This document shows positions 15,913-16,489 of a DNA stretch of 16,489 nt, piece after piece. A program made the translations under genes and the position numbers. Within the stretch, counting starts at the first letter, position 1, and each line of letters begins with the position of its first letter. The notes under the pieces are model-generated. The model saw only the letters and a list, made by a program, of their open reading frames with translations, was not told the origin of the DNA and ran no database searches. This DNA comes from Candidatus Heimdallarchaeota archaeon (lineage in GTDB: Archaea; Asgardarchaeota; Heimdallarchaeia; Hodarchaeales; Hodarchaeaceae): positions 3,092,354 to 3,108,842 of the forward strand of contig CP070695.1 in the NCBI GenBank assembly GCA_020353515.1, given 5' to 3'.

Positions 15913-16489
15913 ATGGAAAATCCAAGGAAATATGGAAAGGCGCCATTTACTATTGCAGTTATACACGGAGGTCCTGGGGCCCAAGGAGAAATGGCGCCTG
16001 TTGCGAGAGAATTATCTTCTGTTTGGGGAATCTTAGAACCTTTTCAATCATTTGGAACCATCGAAGAGCAGATTCAAGAATTGCAGACCCTCTTGAAAAT
16101 GCATGCTCACCTCCCAATAACTTTGATCGGTCATTCGTGGGGAGCGTGGCTGAGCTTCATTTTTGCTGCCCGTCATTCTTCATCTGTTAAAAAATTGATA
16201 CTCATCGGAAGTGGTCCCTTCGAAGAAAAGTATGCTTATGGTATTATGGAAACTCGGTTAAGCCGTCTCAATATAGGAGAAAGGAAAAAAGTCCAAGTCT
16301 TAGAGGAAGCTTTGAATGACCCCAATGTAAAAGAAAAAAATGCCATTTTAGCCCAATTTAGAAAGTTGATGTTAAAAACCGATTCTTTTGACCCTCTACC
16401 TGTCCAAAGCGAAGAAATAGAGTTTCAACACGATATATTTCAAAGTGTATGGAAGGAGGCCAGTGAATTGAGACGAAGTGGAAAATTAC
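15913..16489 (+). CDS. Alpha/beta hydrolase (partial; runs off the window end)
   Basis: Not in the ORF track. Manual translation from the ATG at 15913 gives MENPRKYGKAPFTIAVIHGGPGAQGEM...TLIGHSWGAWL, with HGGPG and GxSxG motifs; AGGAG RBS. Confidence 0.9.
   Translation, partial: MENPRKYGKAPFTIAVIHGGPGAQGEMAPVARELSSVWGILEPFQSFGTIEEQIQELQTLLKMHAHLPITLIGHSWGAWLSFIFAARHSSSVKKLILIGSGPFEEKYAYGIMETRLSRLNIGERKKVQVLEEALNDPNVKEKNAILAQFRKLMLKTDSFDPLPVQSEEIEFQHDIFQSVWKEASELRRSGKL

Noticed and set aside
15882-16190. 102-aa ORF from the ORF track
   Set aside because: It overlaps, in another frame, the alpha/beta hydrolase starting at 15913, which has clear HGGPG and GHSWG motifs.

Overview
AT-rich, probably archaeal window (BRE/TATA promoters, an archaeal-type antitoxin, and an AglB-like domain suggesting Thermoplasmatota; the taxonomy is inference). 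It is organised like a gene-cassette array. About 18 mostly unrelated genes lie on the + strand: a RelE-type TA pair, PstS-like binding protein, AglB C-terminal fusion, DUF3795, RibD_C, radical SAM, FGE/SUMF1, GNAT, alpha/beta hydrolase and several membrane or hypothetical proteins. One catalase is on the - strand. The genes are separated by about 14 full or partial copies of a GC/purine-rich, modular, hairpin-forming repeat with conserved ends (CCGAGCAGG... and ...CTTAAAGGCGAGG). The main observation is that the sequence just before a gene is the reverse complement of the sequence just after the SAME gene, and these inverted repeats differ from gene to gene. That is expected if each unit moves as a cassette whose ends join into a folded recombination site. 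The repeats lack canonical attC R boxes, show compensatory base changes, and appear to fold on the coding strand with DNA-type triloops. No recombinase is encoded in the window, so the mechanism is inferred rather than shown.
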